This document shows, piece by piece, positions 22,920-32,637 of a DNA stretch of 64,000 nt. The stretch lies in NCBI GenBank assembly GCA_965368975.1, contig CBDUPA010000002.1:32001-96000 (forward strand), written 5' to 3'. The notes under the pieces were generated by a model. It searched no databases. It was not told where the DNA came from and was given only the letters and a program-made list of their open reading frames with translations. How positions within the stretch are numbered: the stretch's first letter is position 1; each line of letters opens with the position of its first letter. Made by a program: the position numbers and the translations under genes. The DNA comes from an uncultured bacterium (lineage in GTDB: Bacteria; Acidobacteriota; Thermoanaerobaculia; Multivoradales; JAHZIX01).

Positions 22920-24643
22920 CAGCTCTCTCCCTTGCGACCCGTCACGTGCGCCTCGACCTGCTCCGGGAAGTAACGCACCAGGCTCTCGACCACCAGCGGC
23001 GCCGCCATGCCCAGACCGCAGGCACTGACTTCCTTCATCGTCGAGCCGATGTCGCGCGCCTCCTCCAGCCAGCGCTCCAAGTCCGCCGGACTGGAACCAC
23101 TTGGCCACTCTGACCCATTCAGCCGCTCCGTCAAGCGCTGCGTGCCGATGCGGCACGGGAAGCACTTACCGCACGACTCGTGAGCGAAGAATTGCATCGC
23201 CCCGTGCGCCACCTCGACCATGTCGCGGCTGTCGTCGAACACCATGATCCCCGCCGCGCCCAGCATCGAACCGTGCGAGCGGATATTCGGTTCGTCCAGC
23301 GTCGCCGTCTCCAGTGCCTCGCCAGCCAGGAAGCCGCCGGACAGCCCCGCCATCGTCACCGCCTGGATCGTGCGCCCCTCCTCCGGACCACCCGCCCACT
23401 CATGCAGCAGGGTCTTGAGCGGCAATCCAAACGGCACCTCGTAATTGCCCGGCCGCCGCACGTCACCAGAGAGGCTGATCACCTTCGTCCCCGCGTGCTC
23501 GCCCAACCCCAGCCCGCGGTACCACTCGGCTCCACGACGCAGGATCTGCGGCACCGCCGCCAGCGTCTCGACATTGTTGACCGCCGTCGGCAGGTTCTCG
23601 AAACCATGCGTCACCGGATATGGCGGACGGTTGCGCGGGAAGGGATGCTTGCCCTCCAGGCTGTTGAGCAACGACGTCTCCTCACCGCAGATGTACGCCC
23701 CCGCGCCGCGTCGCAGATAGAGGTCGAAGCGGAAGTTCGATCCCAGAATGCCGTCCCCGAGTAGCTTCGCATCGTAGGCCTCGCGGAGCGCTCGCTCCAG
23801 CGTCTCGAGGGTGTGCGGATACTCGTAGCGCAGGTAGAGAAACCCGCGCGTCGCGGCCGTCGCGTAGGCAGCCAGGATCATCCCCTCGATCACCGCGTGC
23901 GGATCATGGTCGAGCAGCGCCCGATCCTTGAAGCACCCCGGCTCGCCCTCGTCCGCGTTGCACACAATCGACTTAGGTCCGCCAGCGGCATCACGTACCG
24001 CCTTCCACTTCACCCCCGTCGGGAACCCCGCGCCACCGCGCCCAGCGAGCTTCGAGTCGGAGATCACGTCGAGTACCTGCTGCGGCGTCTGGTCACGGAC
24101 GGCAGCCGTCAACGCCTCGTAACCGCCAGTGTCCCGGTAGCCGTGCAAGGTATCCCGCTCCGGCATGCGGATGGACGCGAACACGCACTCTTCGAAGCTG
24201 GAGCCTGGAACGCTGGGATTGGTCGGCGGCAGTGGCGTCGGAGCCTCGCGCAGCGTTCCGTCCGGGCTGCCGATCAGGTACTTGTGCCCCGCCAACACCG
24301 GAATCGGCTCGTCGCAGCGTCCCGCGCACGGCATCGGCGTCGCGCCCTGCTTCTCCAGGGCCTTTAGCAACTCCGCACTGCCGCGCTGGCAGCACACCGG
24401 CCCGTCGCACACCCGCGGCGCCGTCTGCGGCTGGGCGGGATCGCGGGCGAAGTGGTGGTAGAACGTCACCGTCCCGTACAGGTCCGCCAGCGGAATCCGC
24501 AACGCCTTCGCCACGTCGCGCAGGGCTTCCTCGGAGAGGTAGCCGTCGCGGTCGTGGAAGGCATGCAGCAACGGCAAGAGCGGCGCCGGCTCGTCGCGCC
24601 AACGGTCGATGAGGGTCTGGTTGGATTCGGTCCCAGACGGCAT
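22919..24643 (-). CDS. NuoE-NuoF fusion diaphorase subunit (FdsG/FdsB-like, FMN/NADH-binding)
   Basis: YGTVTFYHHF, CDGPVC...CAGRC; GRGGAGFPTG, NADEGEPG, GAGAYICGEETSL, ESCGKCFPCRIG...CGLG; AAGGAG RBS and TATACT at 24677-24682. Confidence 0.93.
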   Translation of the reverse strand: MPSGTESNQTLIDRWRDEPAPLLPLLHAFHDRDGYLSEEALRDVAKALRIPLADLYGTVTFYHHFARDPAQPQTAPRVCDGPVCCQRGSAELLKALEKQGATPMPCAGRCDEPIPVLAGHKYLIGSPDGTLREAPTPLPPTNPSVPGSSFEECVFASIRMPERDTLHGYRDTGGYEALTAAVRDQTPQQVLDVISDSKLAGRGGAGFPTGVKWKAVRDAAGGPKSIVCNADEGEPGCFKDRALLDHDPHAVIEGMILAAYATAATRGFLYLRYEYPHTLETLERALREAYDAKLLGDGILGSNFRFDLYLRRGAGAYICGEETSLLNSLEGKHPFPRNRPPYPVTHGFENLPTAVNNVETLAAVPQILRRGAEWYRGLGLGEHAGTKVISLSGDVRRPGNYEVPFGLPLKTLLHEWAGGPEEGRTIQAVTMAGLSGGFLAGEALETATLDEPNIRSHGSMLGAAGIMVFDDSRDMVEVAHGAMQFFAHESCGKCFPCRIGTQRLTERLNGSEWPSGSSPADLERWLEEARDIGSTMKEVSACGLGMAAPLVVESLVRYFPEQVEAHVTGRKGES

Positions 24644-24711
24644 AGGCTGAAGCTCCTTCGCGAGAAATCAGCCTTGAGTATAGCGGAGATTCTCCACCGA
24701 ACCCGTCTGAG

Positions 24712-25413
24712 CTACCGGACACACCTGTAGGAATTGGAGGTTGAACCGTTAGTCGAACCAACCCACCCCCAGCTTGCGATACCACAGCTTCCACCACCCA
24801 GTACATTGACACCAACTCCATGACGGCCATTGTAGGCGTCTCTTGCTGTATTCGAAGCCCACTCCGGATCGTCGGTCATGTCAGATAGACCGAAAACCAC
24901 AGCGTCCAAGCAGCTGAATTGGTATTCGAAAGCCTCGGGAAGGCGCATTCCGACCTTCAGACATTCCATGCGAGCGAGCGTCCAGCTCAGAGCAGGCCGC
25001 TCATCCCGCTCAATCACCCACCCCAGATCCCCCGGAACACACTGACCGCCCGCCGTACTCTCGGACACCGAATGCACGTCGTACTGCACACCACCGTTCT
25101 TGATGCAGATCTCCGTAAAGGCATTCGGCGGCGTGAAGTCGACGATACGGTTCTCATAGATACCGTTGTTGGCGCTGAAGGAGCCACCGCCCAAGGCTGC
25201 CGAGGTCTGGACGCTTCCGTCCGGGAAACTCACCGAATCGACGCTCAGGTTGCCGTTCACGTCGGTCGGACCGTCGAGCAGGATCGTCGCTGAGCTGATG
25301 GTGACATCTTCCGGCAGGGTGTCGAAGCTGATCTCCGACATGGCGGTCAGCTGAGCGAAGAGTGACGCTGGCAGCAGGGAGAGTACAAGGGCAGCGGACA
25401 TGCAGATTCTCAT
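24712..25413 (-). CDS. Secreted hypothetical protein, possible C-type-lectin/FGE-like C-terminal domain
   Basis: GGAGGAGG RBS; signal peptide ending LFA-Q; FPDGSVQTSA; W..A..EC...G.RLP..FE, EW, C-terminal YRCVR. Confidence 0.7.
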   Translation of the reverse strand: MRICMSAALVLSLLPASLFAQLTAMSEISFDTLPEDVTISSATILLDGPTDVNGNLSVDSVSFPDGSVQTSAALGGGSFSANNGIYENRIVDFTPPNAFTEICIKNGGVQYDVHSVSESTAGGQCVPGDLGWVIERDERPALSWTLARMECLKVGMRLPEAFEYQFSCLDAVVFGLSDMTDDPEWASNTARDAYNGRHGVGVNVLGGGSCGIASWGWVGSTNGSTSNSYRCVR

Positions 25414-25537
25414 TGACGAGGGCCTCCTCCAAGTTGGTTCTCGAGTTGTTTGCGAAACATTCACTCAGCAAACGCGAGAAAGCGGCTCCGGAGAGCTCAG
25501 GCCGAACTCCACCTCTAGCTGCTAGGCTCCGCACCTC

Positions 25538-26722
25538 ATGCCGCGCCACGCACATCTGATCCTCTTCACCCTCTGGCTCCTGTTCTTCTGCATGTTCAGC
25601 CAGGCCATGGTGATCTCCCCGATCCTGGCGCTGATCGCACCGGAACTCGAAGTCTCGGTGGCGCACCTCGGGCTGCTGATCACGGCGTACAGCACCACGG
25701 CGGCAGTGGGCTCGCTCATCACCGGCCCGATCTCGGATCGCTTCGGACGGCGCAAGATGTTGCTGACAGGGAGCGCTCTGCTTACGGCGACACTCGCCCT
25801 GCATGGGTTCGCCGGTAGTTTCTCGACCCTGCTCCTGCTGCGAGCTCTCGCAGGCGCCGCGACGGGTCTCGTCAACGCTTCCGCGCTCGCCTTCGTCGCT
25901 GACGCGTTTCCCACTGATCGGCGAGGCTGGGCACATGGATGGGTGATGAACGGGGTGGCCGCGTCGACGCTTCTCGGTATTCCGGGCGGCACGTTGCTGG
26001 CGGAAACCTGGGGTTTCCGTGCGCCCTTTCTCGCCTATGCGATTCTGACCGGGCTCAGTGGTCTCCTGGTGTGGTGGCTGATTCCGCAGATCGACACCGG
26101 CCATCGCGGTCTCTCGATACGCAGCGCCTTGCGCACCTACGCCGACCTGCTACGCCAACCCAGGATCGCGGTTCCCGCCCTGGTCTTCTTCCCCGGCCTC
26201 TGCGGCGTCGCTTTCTTCCGTTCCTACTTCCCAACCTGGCTGCGCGAAGCTCATGCGTTCAGCGGAGCGGAGATCGCGGCGCTGTTCTTCGTCGGTGGCG
26301 TCGGCAATGTACTAGCTGGACCGCATGCCGGCAGGCTGTCGGACCGTATCGGCCGCAAGCCAGTGATCGTGGCGGCCTTCACCGGTGTCGCGGTGTTGTT
26401 CCTGCTCTCACCCCTGGCTACCTCACCGCACTGGCTGTTCTTCGTTCTCTTCTTCGTGCTCCTGGTGTGCTTTGGAGCCCGCTCAGGTCCTTTCCGCACG
26501 CTGCTCACCGAGATGGTGCCCGCGGCGCAGCGTGGGGCCTTGCTCAGCTTGACACTCGCTGTCGGCCAAGTCGGCCTGGCACTCGGCGGCGGCCTTGCCG
26601 GTGAGGTCTACGTGCGCGTCGGCTTCTGGGGCAACGCGATCATGGCTTCAGCCCTGACGTTGGTGGGAATCGCCATGCTGCTGTGGGGCCTGTCCGCACG
26701 TCACTCCTCCCGCGTTACCTGA
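25538..26722 (+). CDS. MFS transporter
   Basis: About 12 hydrophobic segments; motif A GPISDRFGRR and GRLSDRIGRK. Confidence 0.93.
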   Translation: MPRHAHLILFTLWLLFFCMFSQAMVISPILALIAPELEVSVAHLGLLITAYSTTAAVGSLITGPISDRFGRRKMLLTGSALLTATLALHGFAGSFSTLLLLRALAGAATGLVNASALAFVADAFPTDRRGWAHGWVMNGVAASTLLGIPGGTLLAETWGFRAPFLAYAILTGLSGLLVWWLIPQIDTGHRGLSIRSALRTYADLLRQPRIAVPALVFFPGLCGVAFFRSYFPTWLREAHAFSGAEIAALFFVGGVGNVLAGPHAGRLSDRIGRKPVIVAAFTGVAVLFLLSPLATSPHWLFFVLFFVLLVCFGARSGPFRTLLTEMVPAAQRGALLSLTLAVGQVGLALGGGLAGEVYVRVGFWGNAIMASALTLVGIAMLLWGLSARHSSRVT

Positions 26723-29700
26723 ATGAGCGCCCCCGCCGACTGACCGCGCACGGCTTCGTCGTACATCATCTCGGCCTTGGCCGGTGGCTGGATGAAGCTG
26801 CCCTGCGTGGTGGCACGGGTTCGGAAGTAGAAGTCGTAGGTACCGGCGGGCAGGGTGTTGTAGTAGTAGGCGACATGGTCGTCGAGGAAGGCGACATAGG
26901 TGGGCTCGAGGGTCAACGAACCGGACGGCGTCGCTTCCGGCGGTGCGGTGGCGAGGGCAGGATTGAGCGGTTCGACGCCAGCCGCCAGCGGGATCACGAC
27001 AGCGACGTAGAAGCGCTCCTCGGGGTTGACGACCTGCACGTGCTCCTCGATCACCTGGCCGACTGTGAAGTCGAGCTTGGTGCCTGGGGTTTCGAGCGAG
27101 AAGCGCTCGGGAGGCACGCCGGCGCCCGAGGAGATGCGTAGCAGCTCGCGGCTGACGACGAAGCCGGAGGACTCAGCACTCGCCTGGCTGCCATCGGCGG
27201 CGGGGACGTAGCTCAGTTCGGCGCGCAGGAGGACGGGGTTCGTCTGGCGCGAGTTGGCATCGACGCCGAGGGTGACCGTCGCGGGGGCGGCGGTGGTCAG
27301 GGTGTGGGTCTGCACCGGGGCTTCCGGCGACAGGCGCAGCGGAATCTCCTGCCCTTCGACCTCCAACGCCACTGTGTGCGTGCCGGCACCGGCGAAAGGA
27401 GGTTCGAGGACTTCGCTCAGGGCGAGCAGGGCGGCGACGTTGGCGTTGGTGCTGCCCCAGCCGTCTCCCTTGCCGAGGGTGACGAGGCCGTTGATCAGGA
27501 CTTGCAGGCGCTCGTCCTCGGCGCGCAGCAGCGAGACGCTACGTACGACCTCGGACAGGGTGCGGCTTTCACTCGGCAGGATCAGACCATTGCGCTGGCT
27601 GCCGGCCTTCTGCAGGCCACCGTAGATCTCGTTGCCCTGGAACAGGCGGATGACGACGCCGTCCCACAGTTCGCCGAGCAGGCGCTCGACGGGTGGCGCG
27701 TCGACTTCTCCGGCGCGGCCGAAGGCGAGGCTGACACCAGCGACGCCTTCGACGCCCAGGAAGTCCGAGCGACGGGCGAGTTCGGCGCCGTAGGAGGCAT
27801 CGAAGCGACCGGCGCGAGCGAGGGCGGCGAGGGAGAAGGTGCGTTCGGCCCAGGCTTCACCGCTGATGAAGCCGCTGTAGTCGGAACGCAGGGCCTGTTC
27901 GAGGGTGCGCAGTAGCTGGTTGTAGAGGCCGGGGTCGACCTCGTAGCCGGCTTCTTTGGCCTCGATCAAGAACTCGACCACCCAGGCGGTGAGGTGGACG
28001 CTGCCGCGACTGCCGGGCCAGTAAGCGCAGCGGCCCTGAGCGTCGATCACCGACGGCAGCCAGTCCAGCGTGTCGTGGACGGCGCGTTGCAGCTCGGCTT
28101 CGCCGGTGGCGGTGTCGCCGCGCTGCTGCAAGACGTCGCGCAGACGCTGGGTGGCCAGGTAGGCACGGGCCCGGCTGACGCGCTGCTCGGTGCAGCCATA
28201 CGGATAGCTGCGCAGGAAGTCGAGCCCGGCGGCCATGCGCACCAGGCCCGGCTGGTCGGAGAGCAGGATGCGACGCTGCAGCGTCCCTGGACGCACCGCT
28301 TCGGACGGTCCCGGCACTTCGGTCGGCTGTGCGACTTCGAGGTCTTGTAGCAGCCGGTCGGTGACGCGCTCGCGGTCGGTACGGATGGGCAGACGCACTT
28401 CGAAGGCATCGCCGGCCCCGTCGCTGTCGCGTGCCACGCCGACGCGGAACAGGGCTTCACCGAGCGTCGCCTGGCTGAAGTCAGCGCCCTCGGGGGTCGG
28501 CACGGTGACGTCGAACTCGACGCGCTGGGGCTGGTTGGGCTCGAACTGGAAGCTCTGGTTGGCGTCACTCTCCAGCGTCACGCCTTCGACGGCGACTTCG
28601 GCGCTACCCGCTCCGCCCTCGCCTTCGACCACGCGGCCGATGGCGGCGGCGGTGAAGCGGTCACCGGGGCGCACGAAGCGTGGCAGGGCCGGCTGGACGA
28701 TCACTGGCAGGCGCACTTCCAGGTGACCGGTGGCGAAGCCGAAGCGGTCGGGACCACTGGTCGCCTTGGCGCGCAGCTTGAAGTTGGTGAGATTGTCCGG
28801 CAGCTGTACGGTAACGGTAGCGCTACCGCTGGCGTCGACCAGGATGCGCGGCTCGTAGTAGGGCACGGGCTGGAAGTTCTTGCGCACGGTGACGCGGTCG
28901 AGGATGCCCTTGGCTTCTTCACCCTCGCCGCCGCCGGGCAGCACGACCAGCGGCAGGTGGCCGAAAGGCATGCCGCGGGTGTCGCGGAACTCGAGGTGCG
29001 TGGAGACGTCGCTGATGAAGTCGGGCAGCGGGTCGAGACGTTGCTCGCGGCCGAGCGCCAGCACGGCCTGGTCGACCAACCACAGAGTGACTTCGCCGGC
29101 ACGCGGTGCGCCGACGGCGTCGCTGAGCTGGACGGTGACCTCGATCGTGTCCCCGGGCTGGGCCTTGGACGGATGATCGAGGTCGACGTCGAGGCGATTC
29201 TCAACCGGCTCGACCTGCAGCCAGGCAGTGGCGGCGACGGTGGCGGGCTTGCCGAGGTCGAGCGCCTGGCCGGGCAGCGGCCGGGCACCAGCGACGCGGC
29301 CACGCATCAGCACTGCGTGGACCGGCATGCGCGGCACCCAGGTACGCAGCACCGGTAGTTCGAGCGTCGCCTGACCGCTGCGCACGGGTAGCCAACGGTA
29401 CTCGTTGCCCTCCGGAGCTTCGATGACGACCAGCGCTTCGCCCTGCTGGTAGGGGCTTTGCAGCACGAGCGTCGCGGTGTCGCCGGGCTCGTACTTGGCT
29501 TTGTCGGTGCTGATCTGGAAGACGTCGGACGCCGCCTTCTGCCAGGTGACCGGCTCGTCACCACCGGCGTAGAGGTCGACGGACACGACCTGCGCGCGGC
29601 CGAGACGGTCGTGACCTTCGATCTCGACGATGTAGACGCCGGCCTCGGTGATCGGCAGCTGGACGGAGACCGGCGCATCTCCGGTGGTCACCGTGACCTC

Positions 29701-32637
29701 GGTGACCGGCTCGTCGACCACGTCGGTGATGTAGCGGGCGGCGCCGTCGGAGAAGTCGCTGGCGCGCAGGTAGGAATGCCACTGGCGATGCAACAAGCGC
29801 ACCTTGACCTCGACGCCGGCCTGCAGCTCGTTGTCGGTGCCGACGGCGACGATCTGCGGCTCGATGGTCTCGGCGCGGCGTAGGAAGCGCGGCACCTTGA
29901 GACCGAGCACGAAGGGCGGCAGCGCGATGACGCGGCGGGTGGCGGTGACGGTCTGGTCGTCGGCACCGGTGACGGTGGCTTCGACGACGTAGCTACGCGG
30001 CTGGGCGCTGGCTTCGAGCGCCGGATTGAGGCGCAGCACGGCGGAGCCACTGTCGTCGGTGACGTCGGTCTGCTCGACGGCGGGGGTCGATTCGAAACGA
30101 CCATTGCGGCTGAAGCGGCCATCGGAGGAGAAGAGGAACCCTTCTTGCTGACGAGGATTCCAGGTGTAGGGAAATTGCGTCACACGCCAGTTCACCGGCT
30201 GGCCGGCGACGCGACCACCGGCGTAGTAACTGGCGGTCAGGCGGACATCGAACTCGCGATCCAACGGCACGCGCTCGTCGCTGTGCAGGGAGACTTCGAA
30301 GCGTGGGATGCGGTAGGCCTCCATGCGCCAGCTGACGTTGCCGTAGCGGTTCTGCTGCCGGGCATCCTCGACATAGGCGGTGTAGACACCGGTGGGCAGG
30401 TTATCCGCCGTGAAGCGACGGTAGAAGGAGCCCTCTTCGGTGGCTTCCAGCGGGTAGCGCCAGAGCAGGTCACCGGGGCCGTCGACCACCAGGTAGCCGC
30501 CGGTCAGGCGCTCGATCTTCAGCTGACCGGCGCCGCGCTGCCGCAGGTAACCTTTCAGGTGCACGGGCTCGTCCGGCCGGTAAACGGGACGCTCGGTGAA
30601 GAGGTGAGCCAGCAGCTGCGCCTGCGAGCCGCGGTTGCCCAGGTACTGCTGGGTCCATTGCAACCAGGTGAAACCGGTGTTCGACCACAGGCCATTGGCG
30701 TAGCCGTCCGGCGCCAGGCGCGGATCGAGCACCAGGTGGTCGTCGCCCTTGACGACGTTGAGGCGGGCGATCTGCACCGAGCGGCGCGGGTTCGGACCGG
30801 GAGCGTCATAGCGCGCCATGCCGGCGGCGTCCGTGGTGCCCTCGAAAACGGTCTGCCAGGACGATTCGCCGCGTTCGTTGATGATCGCTTCGACGCGCAC
30901 GCGCGCACCGGCTATTGGCGCTCCGGTGGAGAGTGAAGTGACGGCGAAACGGACGGCGTAGGGTTCCTCGACGGTGGTCACCGACAGGTCGGTGACCTGC
31001 ACGCGCATCCACGAGCGGGCGGACGAACCATCTAGCCGGCGCAGACCGACCAGGTAGGTGCCGGGGCGACCGGCACCGCCGAGACTGCGCAGATAGGGCT
31101 CGAGATCGAGACCGAAGCTGGCGGCGTCGCCCTGGCGTTCGAGTGGCAGCTGGACCAGCTCGGAAACCGGCGGGGCACCGAGGGAGCTCAGCTGCTCACG
31201 CAGGTGCTCGGGCCAGATCAGGCTTGGATCGGTGAAGGGTGCTGGCGCCTCTCCGGGACCCGGCGGGCGGGAATCTTCGTCGGTGACCACACCCTGTTCC
31301 GGGAAGGGCCAGAAGGAGCGATCGAGCGGATCGACCGGATAGATGCGCAGATCCAAGCGTTCGTCGCCACGACCTTCCACCGGCACCCGCTGCGGGCCGT
31401 GACGTTCGACCACGCCCTGGGCCACCGACCATCGCAGGTAGGGCGCGCGGCGTGGAAAGTAGAGGTAGACCTCGCTCGGACCGCGCAGGTCAAGCGGCCG
31501 ACCGGCCTGGTCTTCGAGCGGATAGGGCGTCAAGGTGACGCGGTAGGGGGTCTCGAAGCGGAAATCGCCGGTGACCACGAGCTGGCGGTGCTCGAGCTGG
31601 AAGTCGAGATTCTCGACCGACGGCTCGAAGCGCACGAGGTTACGGCCCTGCACAGCGCCCAGGTCGCTCGGCGGCGCCGAGAACTCGACCAGCACACGAC
31701 GCGCGCCGTTCCTTCCGGAACCCCGCCCGGAGCCGCCTCCGCACTCGACCGCCTGGTCTTCGGTATAGCGGCTGCCCGCGGGCGTGATCGGCAAGCGCTG
31801 CGCGTCGCAACCCAGGTGCGTGACGCGGAAGGGTTCGGCGGTGGCGAAGCTCAGTTCGTAGGAGCCTTCCGGCTGCACCTCCGTGCCTCCTCCCTCTCCG
31901 GACACGCGCCCCGCGTCAAGCATCAAACGCAGCCCGACGACGACGCGACGACCGGCAGGAATGGGGTTGCGCAGGGTCAGGACGTAGGTGGCCCGATCGG
32001 CACGGCTCTGCCGCTCCGGCACCTTGATCTCGAAGTCGTCGGCGGTCAACACGGCGCTCTCGACCGCCTCGCCGATCCCTGGCAGCGGTCGCAACTCCAG
32101 CTTCAGCATGCGCTGCAGCGCGTCGACATCCAGCGGCTCGGGAAAGACCAGCGTCACGCTCTCGACCGGCCCGAGGCCACTCGCGCCCTGCTGCGGCAAC
32201 GTCTCGACCGGTGCCGCCATCAACGTGGTCAAGCGCGTCCGCGAGCCGTCGACGGTCCAGGTGAAGCGCGCCAGCGGCGGCCACGGCTCGGCGGGGCGGA
32301 ACTGCAGCGTGCGAGTGTCGAGCCAGGTGAAGGCACCGGGGTGCGCCGGTTCGACGTCGACGTAGCGACGCGCATTGTCCTCGGGCACTCCGCCTTGCGC
32401 CGAGGCCCCTGCTTGGGCGGGACCGGTGTCCTGGGCGAAGAAGATGGTCACGGGATCCCAGCGGCGCAGGAAGTGGTCCGGTACGACGACGGTACCGCGG
32501 GCAGCGGCCGGACGCTGCACCGTGCCGGCTGGCGGCACCTGCGCCGAGGCAGGCAGCGTCAGCGAGGACAGCAAGGGCAGCAGCAGAGCGGCGCCGGCAA
32601 CGGCGAGCGACGAGCGGACAGGCGACGGGCGGTTCAT
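26701..32637 (-). CDS. Bacterial alpha-2-macroglobulin with intact thioester
   Basis: FTERPVYRP (MG2), LPDNLTNFKLRA, LPRFVRPGD, YPYGCTEQ (CxEQ), WGSTNANVAALLAL, PPAKAEMMY; SPI-type signal peptide. Confidence 0.95.
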   Translation of the reverse strand: MNRPSPVRSSLAVAGAALLLPLLSSLTLPASAQVPPAGTVQRPAAARGTVVVPDHFLRRWDPVTIFFAQDTGPAQAGASAQGGVPEDNARRYVDVEPAHPGAFTWLDTRTLQFRPAEPWPPLARFTWTVDGSRTRLTTLMAAPVETLPQQGASGLGPVESVTLVFPEPLDVDALQRMLKLELRPLPGIGEAVESAVLTADDFEIKVPERQSRADRATYVLTLRNPIPAGRRVVVGLRLMLDAGRVSGEGGGTEVQPEGSYELSFATAEPFRVTHLGCDAQRLPITPAGSRYTEDQAVECGGGSGRGSGRNGARRVLVEFSAPPSDLGAVQGRNLVRFEPSVENLDFQLEHRQLVVTGDFRFETPYRVTLTPYPLEDQAGRPLDLRGPSEVYLYFPRRAPYLRWSVAQGVVERHGPQRVPVEGRGDERLDLRIYPVDPLDRSFWPFPEQGVVTDEDSRPPGPGEAPAPFTDPSLIWPEHLREQLSSLGAPPVSELVQLPLERQGDAASFGLDLEPYLRSLGGAGRPGTYLVGLRRLDGSSARSWMRVQVTDLSVTTVEEPYAVRFAVTSLSTGAPIAGARVRVEAIINERGESSWQTVFEGTTDAAGMARYDAPGPNPRRSVQIARLNVVKGDDHLVLDPRLAPDGYANGLWSNTGFTWLQWTQQYLGNRGSQAQLLAHLFTERPVYRPDEPVHLKGYLRQRGAGQLKIERLTGGYLVVDGPGDLLWRYPLEATEEGSFYRRFTADNLPTGVYTAYVEDARQQNRYGNVSWRMEAYRIPRFEVSLHSDERVPLDREFDVRLTASYYAGGRVAGQPVNWRVTQFPYTWNPRQQEGFLFSSDGRFSRNGRFESTPAVEQTDVTDDSGSAVLRLNPALEASAQPRSYVVEATVTGADDQTVTATRRVIALPPFVLGLKVPRFLRRAETIEPQIVAVGTDNELQAGVEVKVRLLHRQWHSYLRASDFSDGAARYITDVVDEPVTEVTVTTGDAPVSVQLPITEAGVYIVEIEGHDRLGRAQVVSVDLYAGGDEPVTWQKAASDVFQISTDKAKYEPGDTATLVLQSPYQQGEALVVIEAPEGNEYRWLPVRSGQATLELPVLRTWVPRMPVHAVLMRGRVAGARPLPGQALDLGKPATVAATAWLQVEPVENRLDVDLDHPSKAQPGDTIEVTVQLSDAVGAPRAGEVTLWLVDQAVLALGREQRLDPLPDFISDVSTHLEFRDTRGMPFGHLPLVVLPGGGEGEEAKGILDRVTVRKNFQPVPYYEPRILVDASGSATVTVQLPDNLTNFKLRAKATSGPDRFGFATGHLEVRLPVIVQPALPRFVRPGDRFTAAAIGRVVEGEGGAGSAEVAVEGVTLESDANQSFQFEPNQPQRVEFDVTVPTPEGADFSQATLGEALFRVGVARDSDGAGDAFEVRLPIRTDRERVTDRLLQDLEVAQPTEVPGPSEAVRPGTLQRRILLSDQPGLVRMAAGLDFLRSYPYGCTEQRVSRARAYLATQRLRDVLQQRGDTATGEAELQRAVHDTLDWLPSVIDAQGRCAYWPGSRGSVHLTAWVVEFLIEAKEAGYEVDPGLYNQLLRTLEQALRSDYSGFISGEAWAERTFSLAALARAGRFDASYGAELARRSDFLGVEGVAGVSLAFGRAGEVDAPPVERLLGELWDGVVIRLFQGNEIYGGLQKAGSQRNGLILPSESRTLSEVVRSVSLLRAEDERLQVLINGLVTLGKGDGWGSTNANVAALLALSEVLEPPFAGAGTHTVALEVEGQEIPLRLSPEAPVQTHTLTTAAPATVTLGVDANSRQTNPVLLRAELSYVPAADGSQASAESSGFVVSRELLRISSGAGVPPERFSLETPGTKLDFTVGQVIEEHVQVVNPEERFYVAVVIPLAAGVEPLNPALATAPPEATPSGSLTLEPTYVAFLDDHVAYYYNTLPAGTYDFYFRTRATTQGSFIQPPAKAEMMYDEAVRGQSAGALIQVTREE

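Noticed and set aside
22919-24643. Respiratory complex I (nuo) operon or hydrogenase
   Set aside because: No membrane nuo or hydrogenase subunits are present; the gene is coupled to formate dehydrogenase genes.
24712-25413. Complete diversity-generating retroelement
   Set aside because: No reverse transcriptase, Avd or template repeat in the window; kept only as a low-interest lead.
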